This document shows positions 19,050 through 29,400 of a DNA stretch of 64,000 nucleotides, piece by piece; position 1 is the first letter of the stretch; each line of letters begins with the position of its first letter. Below the pieces are notes generated by a model. It ran no database searches and had not been told where the DNA came from. It saw nothing but the letters and a program-made list of their open reading frames with translations. The translations under genes and the position numbers were made by a program. This stretch comes from Pseudomonadota bacterium (lineage in GTDB: Bacteria; Desulfobacterota; Binatia; Binatales; Binataceae), in the NCBI GenBank assembly GCA_021324455.1, contig JAJPJA010000100.1:12068-76067 (forward strand), in the 5' to 3' direction.

Positions 19050-20168
19050 ATGAAAATCCTCATCATAGGCGCCGGTATAATCGGCAATTCGATCGCGTGG
19101 CGGATGGCTCGCGCCGGCGCCGACGTTACTATCGTGGAGCGCGGCCGGGCCGGACAGGAGGCCTCGTGGGCCGCGGCCGGCATGATCGCGCCGCAGGCGG
19201 AAGCCGAAGGGCCGGGGCCCTTCCTGCGCTTTTGCGTCGAAGCCAAAAACGCCTTCGAGACGATTCTGCCCGAGCTGATCGCGCAAAGCGGCATCGATCC
19301 CGAGTATGACAAAGGCAGCGGCGTGCTGTATGTCGCGCTCAACGAGGCCGATCGCGCCGAACTGGCGGCGCGCGCCGCGTGGCAGCGCGAGGCCGGTTTG
19401 CAGGTCGAGGAAATCGGCGGCGAACGGGCGCGCCAAATCACTCCGGCGTTGTCGCCCAAAGTGATCCACGCGCTCTACATGCCCGACGAAAACCGCGTCG
19501 AAAACCGGCAGCTTACCCAGGCCTTTCTGATCGCGGCGCTGAAAGCCGGTGCGCGACTGATCGAGGACAGCCGCGTCGACGCGATCGAGACCCGCGGCGG
19601 CAGATTCTCCGGCCTGCGCCTGCAGGGCGGGGAACTGATCGAAGCAGACGCGGCGGTCAATGCCGCCGGATCATGGGCCAGTGTGATTCGCGGCACCGAA
19701 GCCGACCACGTCCGGCTGCATCCGGTGCGCGGCCAAATCGTATGTTTTCAGGCGCGGCCCAACCTGGTCGGTCCGTCGATCTTCTCTTTGCGCGGCTACG
19801 CCGTGCCGCGGCGCGACGGCCGTGTCCTGGCCGGATCGACGCGCGAGATGGCGCGCTGGAGCAAGGACGTGACGCTGGAGGGGATGGAGAGTATTGTGCG
19901 CGCCGCCAAAGACATGCTGCCGGCGCTGGCCACGATGCGTTTTCGCGAAGCGTGGGCGGGTCTGCGTCCGGCCACGGCGGATTTTCTGCCGGTATTGGGG
20001 CCCTCTCCGTCGATTCCCGGCCTGTATTACGCCACCGGCCATTTTCGCAGCGGAATCCTGCTGGCCGCGATTACCGGCCGCGTGCTGGAGGCGATGATTA
20101 CCGGAGGCAAGCCCTGCACCGACGTCACGCCATTTTCAGCGGCACGATTCATGCCCTCAGCAAAATAG
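19050..20168 (+). CDS. thiO: Glycine oxidase ThiO-like FAD-dependent oxidoreductase
   Basis: MKILIIGAGIIGNSIAW (FAD GxGxxG) and …SWAAAGMIAPQAEAEG… ThiO/DAO signature. Confidence 0.8.
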   Translation: MKILIIGAGIIGNSIAWRMARAGADVTIVERGRAGQEASWAAAGMIAPQAEAEGPGPFLRFCVEAKNAFETILPELIAQSGIDPEYDKGSGVLYVALNEADRAELAARAAWQREAGLQVEEIGGERARQITPALSPKVIHALYMPDENRVENRQLTQAFLIAALKAGARLIEDSRVDAIETRGGRFSGLRLQGGELIEADAAVNAAGSWASVIRGTEADHVRLHPVRGQIVCFQARPNLVGPSIFSLRGYAVPRRDGRVLAGSTREMARWSKDVTLEGMESIVRAAKDMLPALATMRFREAWAGLRPATADFLPVLGPSPSIPGLYYATGHFRSGILLAAITGRVLEAMITGGKPCTDVTPFSAARFMPSAK

Positions 20169-20176
20169 GACCAGCA

Positions 20177-20530
20177 ATGCGAGTACTTGGCCTCGTCAAA
20201 GACCTGATGTTCCGTTCCCGAATCGACGCCGTGTGCGAAGCGCTCGGCTTCGAAGTCGCCTATGTGTCGGTGCCCGCGCTGTTGGCCCAACGATGCGGCC
20301 AGACGCAGCCGTCGGTGGTTTTGGTGGATTTGTCGGAGCGCGCATTCGATCCTCAACAGACGATGAGCACGCTGCGCAGCTGCGCGGCAGGCGCGCAGAT
20401 CATAGGGTTCGCCTCGCACGTGGATCTGAAATCTCTGGACGGCGCCCGCCAGGCCGGCTTCACCCGCGTCCTGTCGCGCCAGGAATTCGCCGCCCAGCTT
20501 CCCTCGCTCCTGCGCACCGCCCGCGATTGA
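20177..20530 (+). CDS. Small receiver-like (CheY-fold-like) hypothetical protein, 117 aa
   Basis: ATG 9 nt after thiO stop; …VVLVDLSE… and …IIGFASHVD… resemble beta-alpha receiver strands but acidic pocket is incomplete. Confidence 0.4.
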   Translation: MRVLGLVKDLMFRSRIDAVCEALGFEVAYVSVPALLAQRCGQTQPSVVLVDLSERAFDPQQTMSTLRSCAAGAQIIGFASHVDLKSLDGARQAGFTRVLSRQEFAAQLPSLLRTARD

Positions 20531-20593
20531 CTCTCCCGGTCTGATCCGTCTGCTGAATTCCCCCGGCAGTCCGCGTTTCGGCGGCGAGGAAAT

Positions 20594-23500
20594 TCATCCC
20601 GGCACACGATGCGCGGCTGCCCGGGACCGGGCGCGGGCCGGGACCGGACCGGGCAGGCCGTCGTAGCGCAGGCTGCGGCCGTCGGAATGAAACCGCATCG
20701 CGGCCAATTCGCTGACGCGCGCGGAGCTGAGCGCCGGCTCGCCGTCGACGGTATCCAGTCTGAGCCGCGGCCGCAGTTTCAGGAGGGCGGTGACTGCGGC
20801 GCTGAAGCGCGTGGAATCCATCTCCCGCAGGCAGATCAAATCGCGTCCCGCCAGGCCCATTATCGGCCCTCCGCCCGCGATTACGATTACGTTGGAGGGC
20901 TCGCGCGCGATACCGCATCCGGGCAGCGCCGCGCCGAACGGATTGGCAGGGTCGATCGCGCTGAGCGCGGCGAGATGGTCCGGCGCCGCCGTCCGCGCCG
21001 CGCGCAGCATCTCGACCGCCTGCGGCAGCGCATACTGCTCGCCCGATAAGGAACGCACGAAGTAGCCGCGCCGGATGGTGCCGGCGTACTCCAGACGCCG
21101 CAAGGCAAACAGCAGATCCGACCAGTTGACGCCCTCCTCGGCCGCCATTACCTCGCGCGTCAGGACGCCGTGGCGGCGCAGCAGCGTCATCGCCAGTTCA
21201 CGTTCCCGCTCCACCCCGGGCTGAGTCTGAAGGCCGCCGCCGATCGCGACCCAGCGGCCGCCCAGGCTGGATTTGAGCCGCGCGCGCAAACCGGCGTCGT
21301 AGCGGCTCAGCTTGCGATCGGGTGTGGAAGCCAAAGCCGCGGACGGATCGGGAATGCCGGCCAGCAGCCGCAGCGGAGCAAAGCCGTCGTTGGTGGACAA
21401 GCCGGCGGCGGCCAGGCTCCACAACGTGCGCAGAACGTCGCGATCCGAAAGACCGGCGCGCTGCGCGATCTGATCCAGGTAAAGCGCACCGCCTTCACGC
21501 AGGATTTTCAGTACAAGTTGTTCTTTGACGTCATCCGGAGCGGGGGCCTCGTTGCCCGATCCGATCCAACCCTGTGCGCGCGGCATAAACGCGACGCGAG
21601 AAGGAATCTCGGCGCTCCCATCGCGGCGCGGCCCCGCCATCCACATTATCCGTCCGCTCAGACACAGCAGGTCGAGATATTCGGGGCGGTAATCCGGAAT
21701 GCGGGCGGGAAGGATCGCGCGTTCCCACAACTCCGTATCCAGCGCCAAACCGCTCAGCTGCTCCAGCACGGCGGCGGCGCCATCGGCGCCCGGCGGCAAA
21801 TCCGCGCCGCCAATATGATGCCATCGGAGCAGGAAAGCGGTGTACTCGCGATCCTCGCAGGGCTCGACCTCGGCGCGAATCTTTTCCAGGGTCAGGCGAT
21901 GGATGCGTTCCAAGTTGTAGCGGTCGCACCAGCTCTCGCCGGCGTCGACGAAGCGGCCGCGGAATACGGCGCCCTTTGCTTCCAGCGCAGCCAGGCAGCT
22001 CTCCGTCTGCGCCTGGCCAAACCCCAGCCGCGCGGCGACTGCGGACGCCGTGACCGGGCCCGAGGTGCGCAGCATACGCCGCACCAGTTCCAGGCGGGCG
22101 GCGCCGGCCTCCGGCGCGCTCTCGGTTGGCGCCGCAATCGCGGAGGAGGTCGAGGCGCCGGAATAAACGGCGTGAAACAGCGCGGCGTCCTCCGCCGCGA
22201 TCCACAGCGGGTTGTGCCGATGAGGCAGACGGATAGAGACGATGCGCGAAGTATCGGCGAGCATGCGGGTAAGTGCGGCGCCGGCGGCCGCACGCTGCGC
22301 GATTTCGTCTTCTTCCAGCGCGCCGTGCGATCGGATCAATTCATACAGTTCGTCGGCGTCGCGCGCCCTGCGTCCGCCCGCGATACCGGAGGCTTCGGCG
22401 GCGACCCGCGCGACAGCCTCGCGCGCCAGCATCTCCGAGACATCCTCGCTGCGCAGGACATCTTCGGCCATCCCGCGATTCATCGAGACCGAGCGGCTGC
22501 GCCGGTTGGCGCGCTCGCCGTCATCGAGGAAGGAATAATCCCACGCCAGCAGCAGGCGCTGGGCGAACACCGAGGGCGCTATGGAATCGACCGCGATCGT
22601 CCGCACGCGGCCGCGCTCGATTCCCTCGATCAGCGCGGTCAGCCGTTTGATGTCGGCGGATTCCTCAAGGCATTCGCGGATGGTTTCCTGAACGATAAAG
22701 TGCTCCGGTATCTCGACCTGCGGCGGCTTGTTGTCGAAGCAGGCCTGCTGCTGGGGGAACAGCGCAATCGTCAGGTCCTGCGAGCGCAGGCGCTGGATCC
22801 AAGCCGGCACTTTGCGCCCCCTGGAATTGCGCATCACGCTCAGCGCGCGCGTGGCCACGTGGCGAAAGCGCACCTCAAACATCGGCGCCGCCAGCACGGC
22901 CTGGGTCAGGCTGTCGCGCAGCGTGCGTGAATTCAGAAAGCTGAACACTTCTTCGAGCGCAAAGCTATGGCGCGAATTCAAGGCCAGCAGCACGCCGTCG
23001 TCGGTGGCTGACGCCTGGATCTCAAAATTGAACGACTGGCAAAGGCGCTTGCGCAGTGCCAGTCCGAAACCGCGGTTGAGCCGGATGCCGAGCGGCGAAT
23101 GCAGCACGATCTGGGTGCCGCCCAGACCGTCGAAGAAACGCTCGGCGACAATCGTGCGGTGGTCGGGAATCGCGCCCAGGGCGTTCAATCCGCGCCGCAC
23201 GTAATCGACCGCCTGCGCCGCCGCGGAAGGTTCGATCGCGCATTGGTCGACCAGAAATCGAGCGGCCGTGCCGGGGTCGGAGAGCCGCCGCGCGATCTCG
23301 CGGCGCAAATCATTGACCTCCTGCGACAGCGCCGGCGTGCGGCCCGCCGCCTCCGCCATCCAGAACGGCAGCGTCGGTGCCATCCCGGGCGCCGGTTCGA
23401 CCATCAGGCGGCCGCGCGAAATGCGCTGGATCTGCCACGGCATCGAGCCCAAAGCGAAAATATCGCCGCGCGAGGACTCCTGGGCGAAGTCTTCCTCGAC

Positions 23501-25084
23501 ATCGCCGATCTTGCGCTGCTGCGATTCGATCACGACGTCGTAGTTGCCGGCTTCAGGAATCGTTCCGCCCGAGGTGATAGCGGCCAACCTTGCGCCCCGG
23601 CGCGGCCTGATCCTGCCGCCGATGCGATCGTAAAAGATTTTGGGAGACGCGCCCTGGATCCGCTGGGGCAACTCCGCCGCCATCTGGTCGAGCAGGCGGC
23701 GGAGTTCGGGCGCGTCAAGCGCGGCGAAATTGTACGCTCCGCGCAGCGTGCGCAGAATTTCGGCTTCGGTGATCTCGCCCTCTTCCGCCGCCATCGCCAC
23801 GATCTGTTGGGCGGCGACGTCCATACATCCGCTGGGAATCTCCACCTGGTCCAGCCGCGCGCTGCCAATCGCGCGCACCGCCGCGCCGCATTCGATCAGG
23901 TCGTCCAGCGTCATCGCGAAAAAGCGCCCCTTGGGCGTCTGTCCCAGCGCGTGGCCGGAGCGGCCGATGCGCTGAATGGCGGCCGAGATCGATTTGGGCG
24001 AATCGATCTGGCAGACCAGATCGACCGCGCCGACGTCGATCCCCAGTTCCAGCGACGCGGTGGCGACGATCGCGCGCAGCTCTCCGCGTTTAAGCCGCTG
24101 CTCCGCCGCCAGACGCTCGGCGCGGGCAAGGCTGCCGTGATGCGCCATCACGGCGTCCGCGCCCACACGCTTCTGCAGCGCCAAAGCGACCCGCTCGGCC
24201 CATCGGCGGCTCAACGTGAAGACCAGCGTTGTGCGATGCTGCCCGATCAGTTCCGCGATCCGATCGTAAGTCGCTTCCCAATGCGAATGAGTCGCGAGCG
24301 GGCCCAATTCGGGTCCGGGAGCGAGCACCTGCAGGTCAAGCTCGCGCGGTCCGTCGCCGGCGCGGACGATGCGGCATGGCCGTTGGGTCCGCTCGCCGCC
24401 GCCCTCGACTTCGGCGCCGGTGAGAAAGCGGCCCAGCTCCTCGATCGGGCTGAGCGTGGCGGAGAGGCCGATGCGCGCCGGGCGGACGCCGGTGCGCGAT
24501 TTGACCATCCTCTCCAAACGCTCCAAAGTAACGGCAAGGTGCGCGCCGCGCTTGTTGCCGGCCAGCGCATGCAGCTCGTCGACGATCACCCATCGCACCG
24601 CCTGCAGCTTTTCGCGGAAGCGGCTCGTGGTCAGCAGGATGAACAGCGACTCGGGTGTGGTGACCAGAATATGCGGCGGCCGCCGCAGCATCGCGCTGCG
24701 CTCGGCCGCGGGCGTATCTCCCGTACGCAGGCCGGCGCGAATGGGTGCCAGGGCGATTGCGGCCGCGCAGGCGGCCGCGCGCACTCCGCCCAGCGGCTCC
24801 TCGAGGTTGAGTCTGATGTCGTTGGCGAGGGCCTTCAGCGGCGAGACATAGAGTACGGAAACCTGATCGGGAAGTACGCCGGATTGCGCTTCGACCACCA
24901 GCTGGTTTATCGACCACAGAAAAGCGGCCAAAGTTTTGCCGCTGCCGGTCGGCGCGCACAGCAAAACATCGTGGCCGCCGCCGATCAGGGGCCATCCGGC
25001 TTCCTGGATAGCCGCCGCGCGGCCGAAGCGGCCCTCAAACCAGGCGCGCACGATCGGATGAAATACGGATACCGCGGCACTCAC
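20594..25084 (-). CDS. lhr: Large ATP-dependent helicase Lhr (SF2 DEAD/DEAH, 1496 aa)
   Basis: Walker A LLCAPTGSGKTLAAF, DEAD-like VIVDELHAL, helicase C and extended Lhr-core plus long C-terminal extension. Confidence 0.9.
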   Translation of the reverse strand: MSAAVSVFHPIVRAWFEGRFGRAAAIQEAGWPLIGGGHDVLLCAPTGSGKTLAAFLWSINQLVVEAQSGVLPDQVSVLYVSPLKALANDIRLNLEEPLGGVRAAACAAAIALAPIRAGLRTGDTPAAERSAMLRRPPHILVTTPESLFILLTTSRFREKLQAVRWVIVDELHALAGNKRGAHLAVTLERLERMVKSRTGVRPARIGLSATLSPIEELGRFLTGAEVEGGGERTQRPCRIVRAGDGPRELDLQVLAPGPELGPLATHSHWEATYDRIAELIGQHRTTLVFTLSRRWAERVALALQKRVGADAVMAHHGSLARAERLAAEQRLKRGELRAIVATASLELGIDVGAVDLVCQIDSPKSISAAIQRIGRSGHALGQTPKGRFFAMTLDDLIECGAAVRAIGSARLDQVEIPSGCMDVAAQQIVAMAAEEGEITEAEILRTLRGAYNFAALDAPELRRLLDQMAAELPQRIQGASPKIFYDRIGGRIRPRRGARLAAITSGGTIPEAGNYDVVIESQQRKIGDVEEDFAQESSRGDIFALGSMPWQIQRISRGRLMVEPAPGMAPTLPFWMAEAAGRTPALSQEVNDLRREIARRLSDPGTAARFLVDQCAIEPSAAAQAVDYVRRGLNALGAIPDHRTIVAERFFDGLGGTQIVLHSPLGIRLNRGFGLALRKRLCQSFNFEIQASATDDGVLLALNSRHSFALEEVFSFLNSRTLRDSLTQAVLAAPMFEVRFRHVATRALSVMRNSRGRKVPAWIQRLRSQDLTIALFPQQQACFDNKPPQVEIPEHFIVQETIRECLEESADIKRLTALIEGIERGRVRTIAVDSIAPSVFAQRLLLAWDYSFLDDGERANRRSRSVSMNRGMAEDVLRSEDVSEMLAREAVARVAAEASGIAGGRRARDADELYELIRSHGALEEDEIAQRAAAGAALTRMLADTSRIVSIRLPHRHNPLWIAAEDAALFHAVYSGASTSSAIAAPTESAPEAGAARLELVRRMLRTSGPVTASAVAARLGFGQAQTESCLAALEAKGAVFRGRFVDAGESWCDRYNLERIHRLTLEKIRAEVEPCEDREYTAFLLRWHHIGGADLPPGADGAAAVLEQLSGLALDTELWERAILPARIPDYRPEYLDLLCLSGRIMWMAGPRRDGSAEIPSRVAFMPRAQGWIGSGNEAPAPDDVKEQLVLKILREGGALYLDQIAQRAGLSDRDVLRTLWSLAAAGLSTNDGFAPLRLLAGIPDPSAALASTPDRKLSRYDAGLRARLKSSLGGRWVAIGGGLQTQPGVERERELAMTLLRRHGVLTREVMAAEEGVNWSDLLFALRRLEYAGTIRRGYFVRSLSGEQYALPQAVEMLRAARTAAPDHLAALSAIDPANPFGAALPGCGIAREPSNVIVIAGGGPIMGLAGRDLICLREMDSTRFSAAVTALLKLRPRLRLDTVDGEPALSSARVSELAAMRFHSDGRSLRYDGLPGPVPARARSRAAAHRVPG

Positions 25085-25156
25085 GTTATTGTTATATCAC
25101 GGCCGCGCCTTGCGTTTGAGGCAGACCGCGCGGAGCTTGAGTCCGGCCCTGTCTGC

Positions 25157-26293
25157 ATGTGGATGAAAAAAAACGCGGCGTATGGCTCGCGCCGCCGCGC
25201 GGCGGCTAAGCTCAACACTGCTTTGAGAATTTCGCCGACAGTGCTGGCAGCCGGCGCCGCCGCGGCGTTGGCGTTGATTGCGTGGCGCGCGCCGATGGCG
25301 CTGGCCGCGGCGCCGCTTTCTCTGGGCCAGCAGGACGAGCTGCTCCGTCCGCCGCTGAAGGACGGCCAGCCGATTCCGGTTGCGATTGCGATCCACGTAA
25401 TCAATCTGACCGACATCGATGAGGTCCTGCAGCGCTTCCATGTGATGTTCTACCTGTTTGTGCAATGGCAGGACTCGCGTCTGGCCTTTACGCCGAGTCG
25501 GCCGGGCGAGCGGTTTCATGTTTATGCCGTCGATCAGGTGTGGCATCCGCGGCTGGATTTCATCAATGCGGTTGGCGCGCGCAGTGCGGGCGAATCGTCG
25601 CTGCGGGTGGAGCCCGGCGGAACGGTGCTTTACGCGGAACGCGGCGAGGCGCAGTTGAGCACGCGCTTCCATCTGCGGCGCTTTCCCTTTGACCGCCAGG
25701 CGCTGCAGATCATTGTGCATCCGTTCGTGGCGCAGTCCCATCTGCTCGCCTTCCGCGCCAGCCAGGAACATACCTGGTTGAGCGCCGAACAGACGGTGTA
25801 TTCCTCGCTGGCGGATTGGGACCTGGTCGGCATCCGGACCGAGCACGACCATATCTCGCTGTCCAAAGTGGGCGAGATCCCCGAAGCGCATTTCGAGATC
25901 TTGGTGCGGCGCAAGTACGCTTTTTATCTGTGGAAGATTTTTCTCCCGCTCCTGCTGATGGTGATACTGTCGTGGACCGTGTACTGGATCGATACCAGGG
26001 ATTTGAGCAGCCAGGTTCAAATCTCCATTACCACCATCCTGACCGTAATCGCGTTCGCGTTTTCGATCTCGCTCAGTCTGCCCAAGGTGCCCTACCTGAC
26101 CTTCATCGACGCGTTTTTCCTGGATTGTCTGGTGTTCGTGTTTTTCACCGCGATCGAGATGACCACGGTGCACGTGACCGGACGAACCCGGCGGGCCGCG
26201 TTTGGGGTGAAGATCCGGCGCGTCAGCAGGGTCGCGGTGCCGATTGCGTTCGTCGCCAGCAATCTGATTATCGCGGTTTATTATTTCGGCTGA
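25157..26293 (+). CDS. Prokaryotic pentameric ligand-gated ion channel (pLGIC / Cys-loop receptor family homologue)
   Basis: Signal peptide, ~200-aa beta-rich extracellular domain, then M1 (YLWKIFLPLLLMVILSWTVYWI), M2 pore helix (SQVQISITTILTVIAFAFSISLSLP), M3, very short M3-M4 loop and M4 (VAVPIAFVASNLIIAVYYFG); this is the real 3' part of the long 23099..26293 ORF. Confidence 0.8.
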   Translation: MWMKKNAAYGSRRRAAAKLNTALRISPTVLAAGAAAALALIAWRAPMALAAAPLSLGQQDELLRPPLKDGQPIPVAIAIHVINLTDIDEVLQRFHVMFYLFVQWQDSRLAFTPSRPGERFHVYAVDQVWHPRLDFINAVGARSAGESSLRVEPGGTVLYAERGEAQLSTRFHLRRFPFDRQALQIIVHPFVAQSHLLAFRASQEHTWLSAEQTVYSSLADWDLVGIRTEHDHISLSKVGEIPEAHFEILVRRKYAFYLWKIFLPLLLMVILSWTVYWIDTRDLSSQVQISITTILTVIAFAFSISLSLPKVPYLTFIDAFFLDCLVFVFFTAIEMTTVHVTGRTRRAAFGVKIRRVSRVAVPIAFVASNLIIAVYYFG

Positions 26294-26437
26294 GCCGGGC
26301 GGCGCAGCGCGGCGGGATTTCCGGTGCCGCCGGCATTTCATTGTTGAACCGCGATCGGGCTGATAATTTCTAATCAAGCTCAGCCGCTTTCGAGCACACC
26401 AGGCCCGGCGCTGGTACGGCGGCCGTTACTTTGACGC

Positions 26438-29400
26438 ATGCTGATGAATTCTGCTGCGAACAGCGGCCGCGCCGCGCCGACCGGCTACGCATCCGGCGAG
26501 CCGCCCGGCGGCGAGATGTCGATCCGCATGCGCGAGTTCGACTGGTCCACCACGCCGCTGGGTCCGATGCATACATGGTCGCCGGCGCTGGCAACCACGC
26601 TGCGGATTGTATTGGCGAACCGGTTTCCACACATACTGTGGTGGGGGCCCCGATACATACAGCTTTACAACGACGCCTATATTCCCTATCCGGGCGCCAA
26701 GCATCCGCATCAGGCGCTGGGGCGTCCGGCCGCCGAATGCTGGTCCGAGATCTGGCACATTATCGGGCCGCCGATCGATAAGCCCTTTCGCGGCGGGCCG
26801 GCCGCGTGGGACGACGATATCTGCCTGGTGATACACCGGCACGGCTTCGCCGAAGAAACCCACTTCACCATCGCCTACAGTCCGGTGCCCGACGAAACCG
26901 CACCGGGCGGAATCGGCGGCGTGCTCGGCACCGTTTATGAAATCACGGAAAAGGTCGTGGGCGAGCGGCGCGTTGTGGCGCTGCGCGACCTGAGCGCGCG
27001 GGTCGGCGACGCCAAGACCGCCGAAGAGGCCTGTGCGATCGCGGCGGCCACCTTGTCGGCGCACAACAAGGACCTTCCTTTCGTTCTGCTCTACCTGCTC
27101 GATGCCGATGAGAAGCGCGCGCGGCTGGCTGGCGCGGCCGGTGCCGCAGCCGGCGATGACCTCAGTCCGGCGCAGCTCGACCTCGAAAATCAGGCGCGGG
27201 GATGGCCTTTGGCCCAGGCGGCGCGAACCGCATCCATGCAGGTGGTTGAGAATCTCGACGCCAGATTTCGACAGCTACCGCCGGGACCGTGGCCGGATCC
27301 GCCGCATACCGCCGTGGTCGTACCGATTCCATCCAACAAGCCGCATGAGACCGCGGGTTTCATGATTGCCGGGGTAAGCTCGCGTCTGCGGCTGGACCAG
27401 TATTACCGCGATTTCTTCAACCTGGTGCGGACCCAGGTGGCGACCGCGATCGCCAACGCGCGCGCCTACGAAGAGGAACGCCAGCGGGCCGAGGCCCTGG
27501 CCGAACTGGACCGCGCCAAGACGCTGTTTTTCAGCAACGTCAGCCACGAGTTTCGCACCCCGCTCACCCTGATGCTCGGACCGATCGAAGATATCCTATC
27601 CGAAGACGGCGAGCTGTCGGCGGATAACCGCCAGCGGCTGCAGGTCGCGCATCGCAATTCGCTGCGCCTGCTGAAGCTGGTCAACACCCTGCTGGACTTT
27701 TCGCGCATCGAGGCCGGCCGCATCCAGGCCTCGTATGAGGCGGTGGATCTGTCCGAGCTGACGGCGGAGCTGGCCAGCGTCTTCCGATCCGCAATCGAGC
27801 GGGCGGGCCTGCGGCTGACTGTCCGCTGCCAACCGTTGTCCGAGCCGGTGTATGTGGATCGGGAGATGTGGGAGAAGATTGTATTCAATCTGATCTCGAA
27901 CGCGTTCAAGTTCACCTTCGAAGGCGGGATTGAAATATCTCTGCGGCAGGCGGGCCGGGCCGTTGCGCTGTCGGTGCGGGATACCGGGACCGGTATTCCG
28001 GCATCCGAGGTCCCCCACATTTTCGAACGCTTTCACCGCGTCAGCAACGCCCATGGACGCACGTTCGAAGGCAGCGGCATCGGCCTGGCGCTGGTGCAGG
28101 AGCTGGTCAAACTTCACGGCGGCAGCGTGGCGGTGGAAAGCGAGCCGGGGGCCGGCAGCACCTTTACCGTGCGGATCCCGCTGGGCTGCGGTCATTTACC
28201 GGCCGACCGGATTGCGGCGCCGCGCACGCTCGCCTCCACCGGCTTGCGCGCCGAAGCCTATCTTCAGGAAGTGCTGGGATGGCTGGCGGACGCCCCGGCC
28301 GCGCGCACGGCACAAATCGAGGCGATGCCGCCGGCCGATGACGCGCAGCCGGAGCACAAGGCGCCGCGCGGCTCCCGTCCGCTCATACTTCTGGCCGACG
28401 ACAACGCCGACATGCGTTACTACGTCGAGCAGCTTCTAAAGGAGCGCTGCGAGGTCCGCGCCGCCGCCGACGGACGGGCGGCCTTGCGCGCCGCCCGCGA
28501 GCATCCTCCCGACCTGGTGCTGGCCGACGTGATGATGCCCGAACTGGACGGCTTCGCGCTGCTGCGGGAAATGCGCCGCGATCCGGTACTGAAGACTGTG
28601 CCGGTAATCGTCCTGTCGGCGCGGGCAGGGGAGGAGGCGCGGGTTGAAGGACTGGAAGCGGGCGCCGACGATTACCTGATCAAGCCGTTCAGCGCACGGG
28701 AGCTGCTTGCCCGCGTCGGCGCGCATCTGGAGATGGGGCGGGTGCGCCGTGATGCGGCCCGCATGGAGCGGGAACTTCGAGCCGAAGCGCAAGCCGCCAG
28801 GGATCAGCTCGAAGGAGTCCTGGCCGCAATCACCGATCAGTTTCTGGCCTGCGACAGCGGCTGGCGATGTGTTTACGCCAACAATCGCGTCACCGAATTT
28901 ACCGGGCTTGCCCGGAATCAACTGTTGGGCCACAAACTCTGGGACATCTTTCCCGCAGTCGCCGGCACAGAGTTCGAACGTCAACTGCGCCGGGCGATGG
29001 CGGAGCGCAAGCCCACGCGGTTTGAATTCTATTTCCCGCCGCGCAAGCGATGGTTCGAAAACCACGTCTATCCTTCCAGTTCCGGCTTGACCCTCCTTTC
29101 GGCGGATATTACCGATCGCAAACGGGTGGAGGAGCGGCTGCGCGAAGCGGACCGCCAGAAGGACGAATTTCTCGCGATGCTGGCCCATGAACTGCGCAAT
29201 CCGCTGGCCGCGCTGTCCGCCGCCAACGAACTGCTGTTGCGCATCGTTCCGCCGCAGCCTTCCACTCAGGCCGCGCTGGCGATGGTCAAGCGTCAGGTGG
29301 GGCACCTTTCACGCCTCATTGACGATCTGCTCGACGTGTCCAGAATCACGCTGGGACGGATCGAACTGCGTCCGGCGCCGGTCAGTATCCAGAGCGTGCT

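Noticed and set aside
23099-25150. 5' two-thirds of the 1064-aa ORF 23099..26293
   Set aside because: It is antisense to lhr and compositionally junk. Only the last 379 codons (25157 onward) encode a real protein, the pLGIC.
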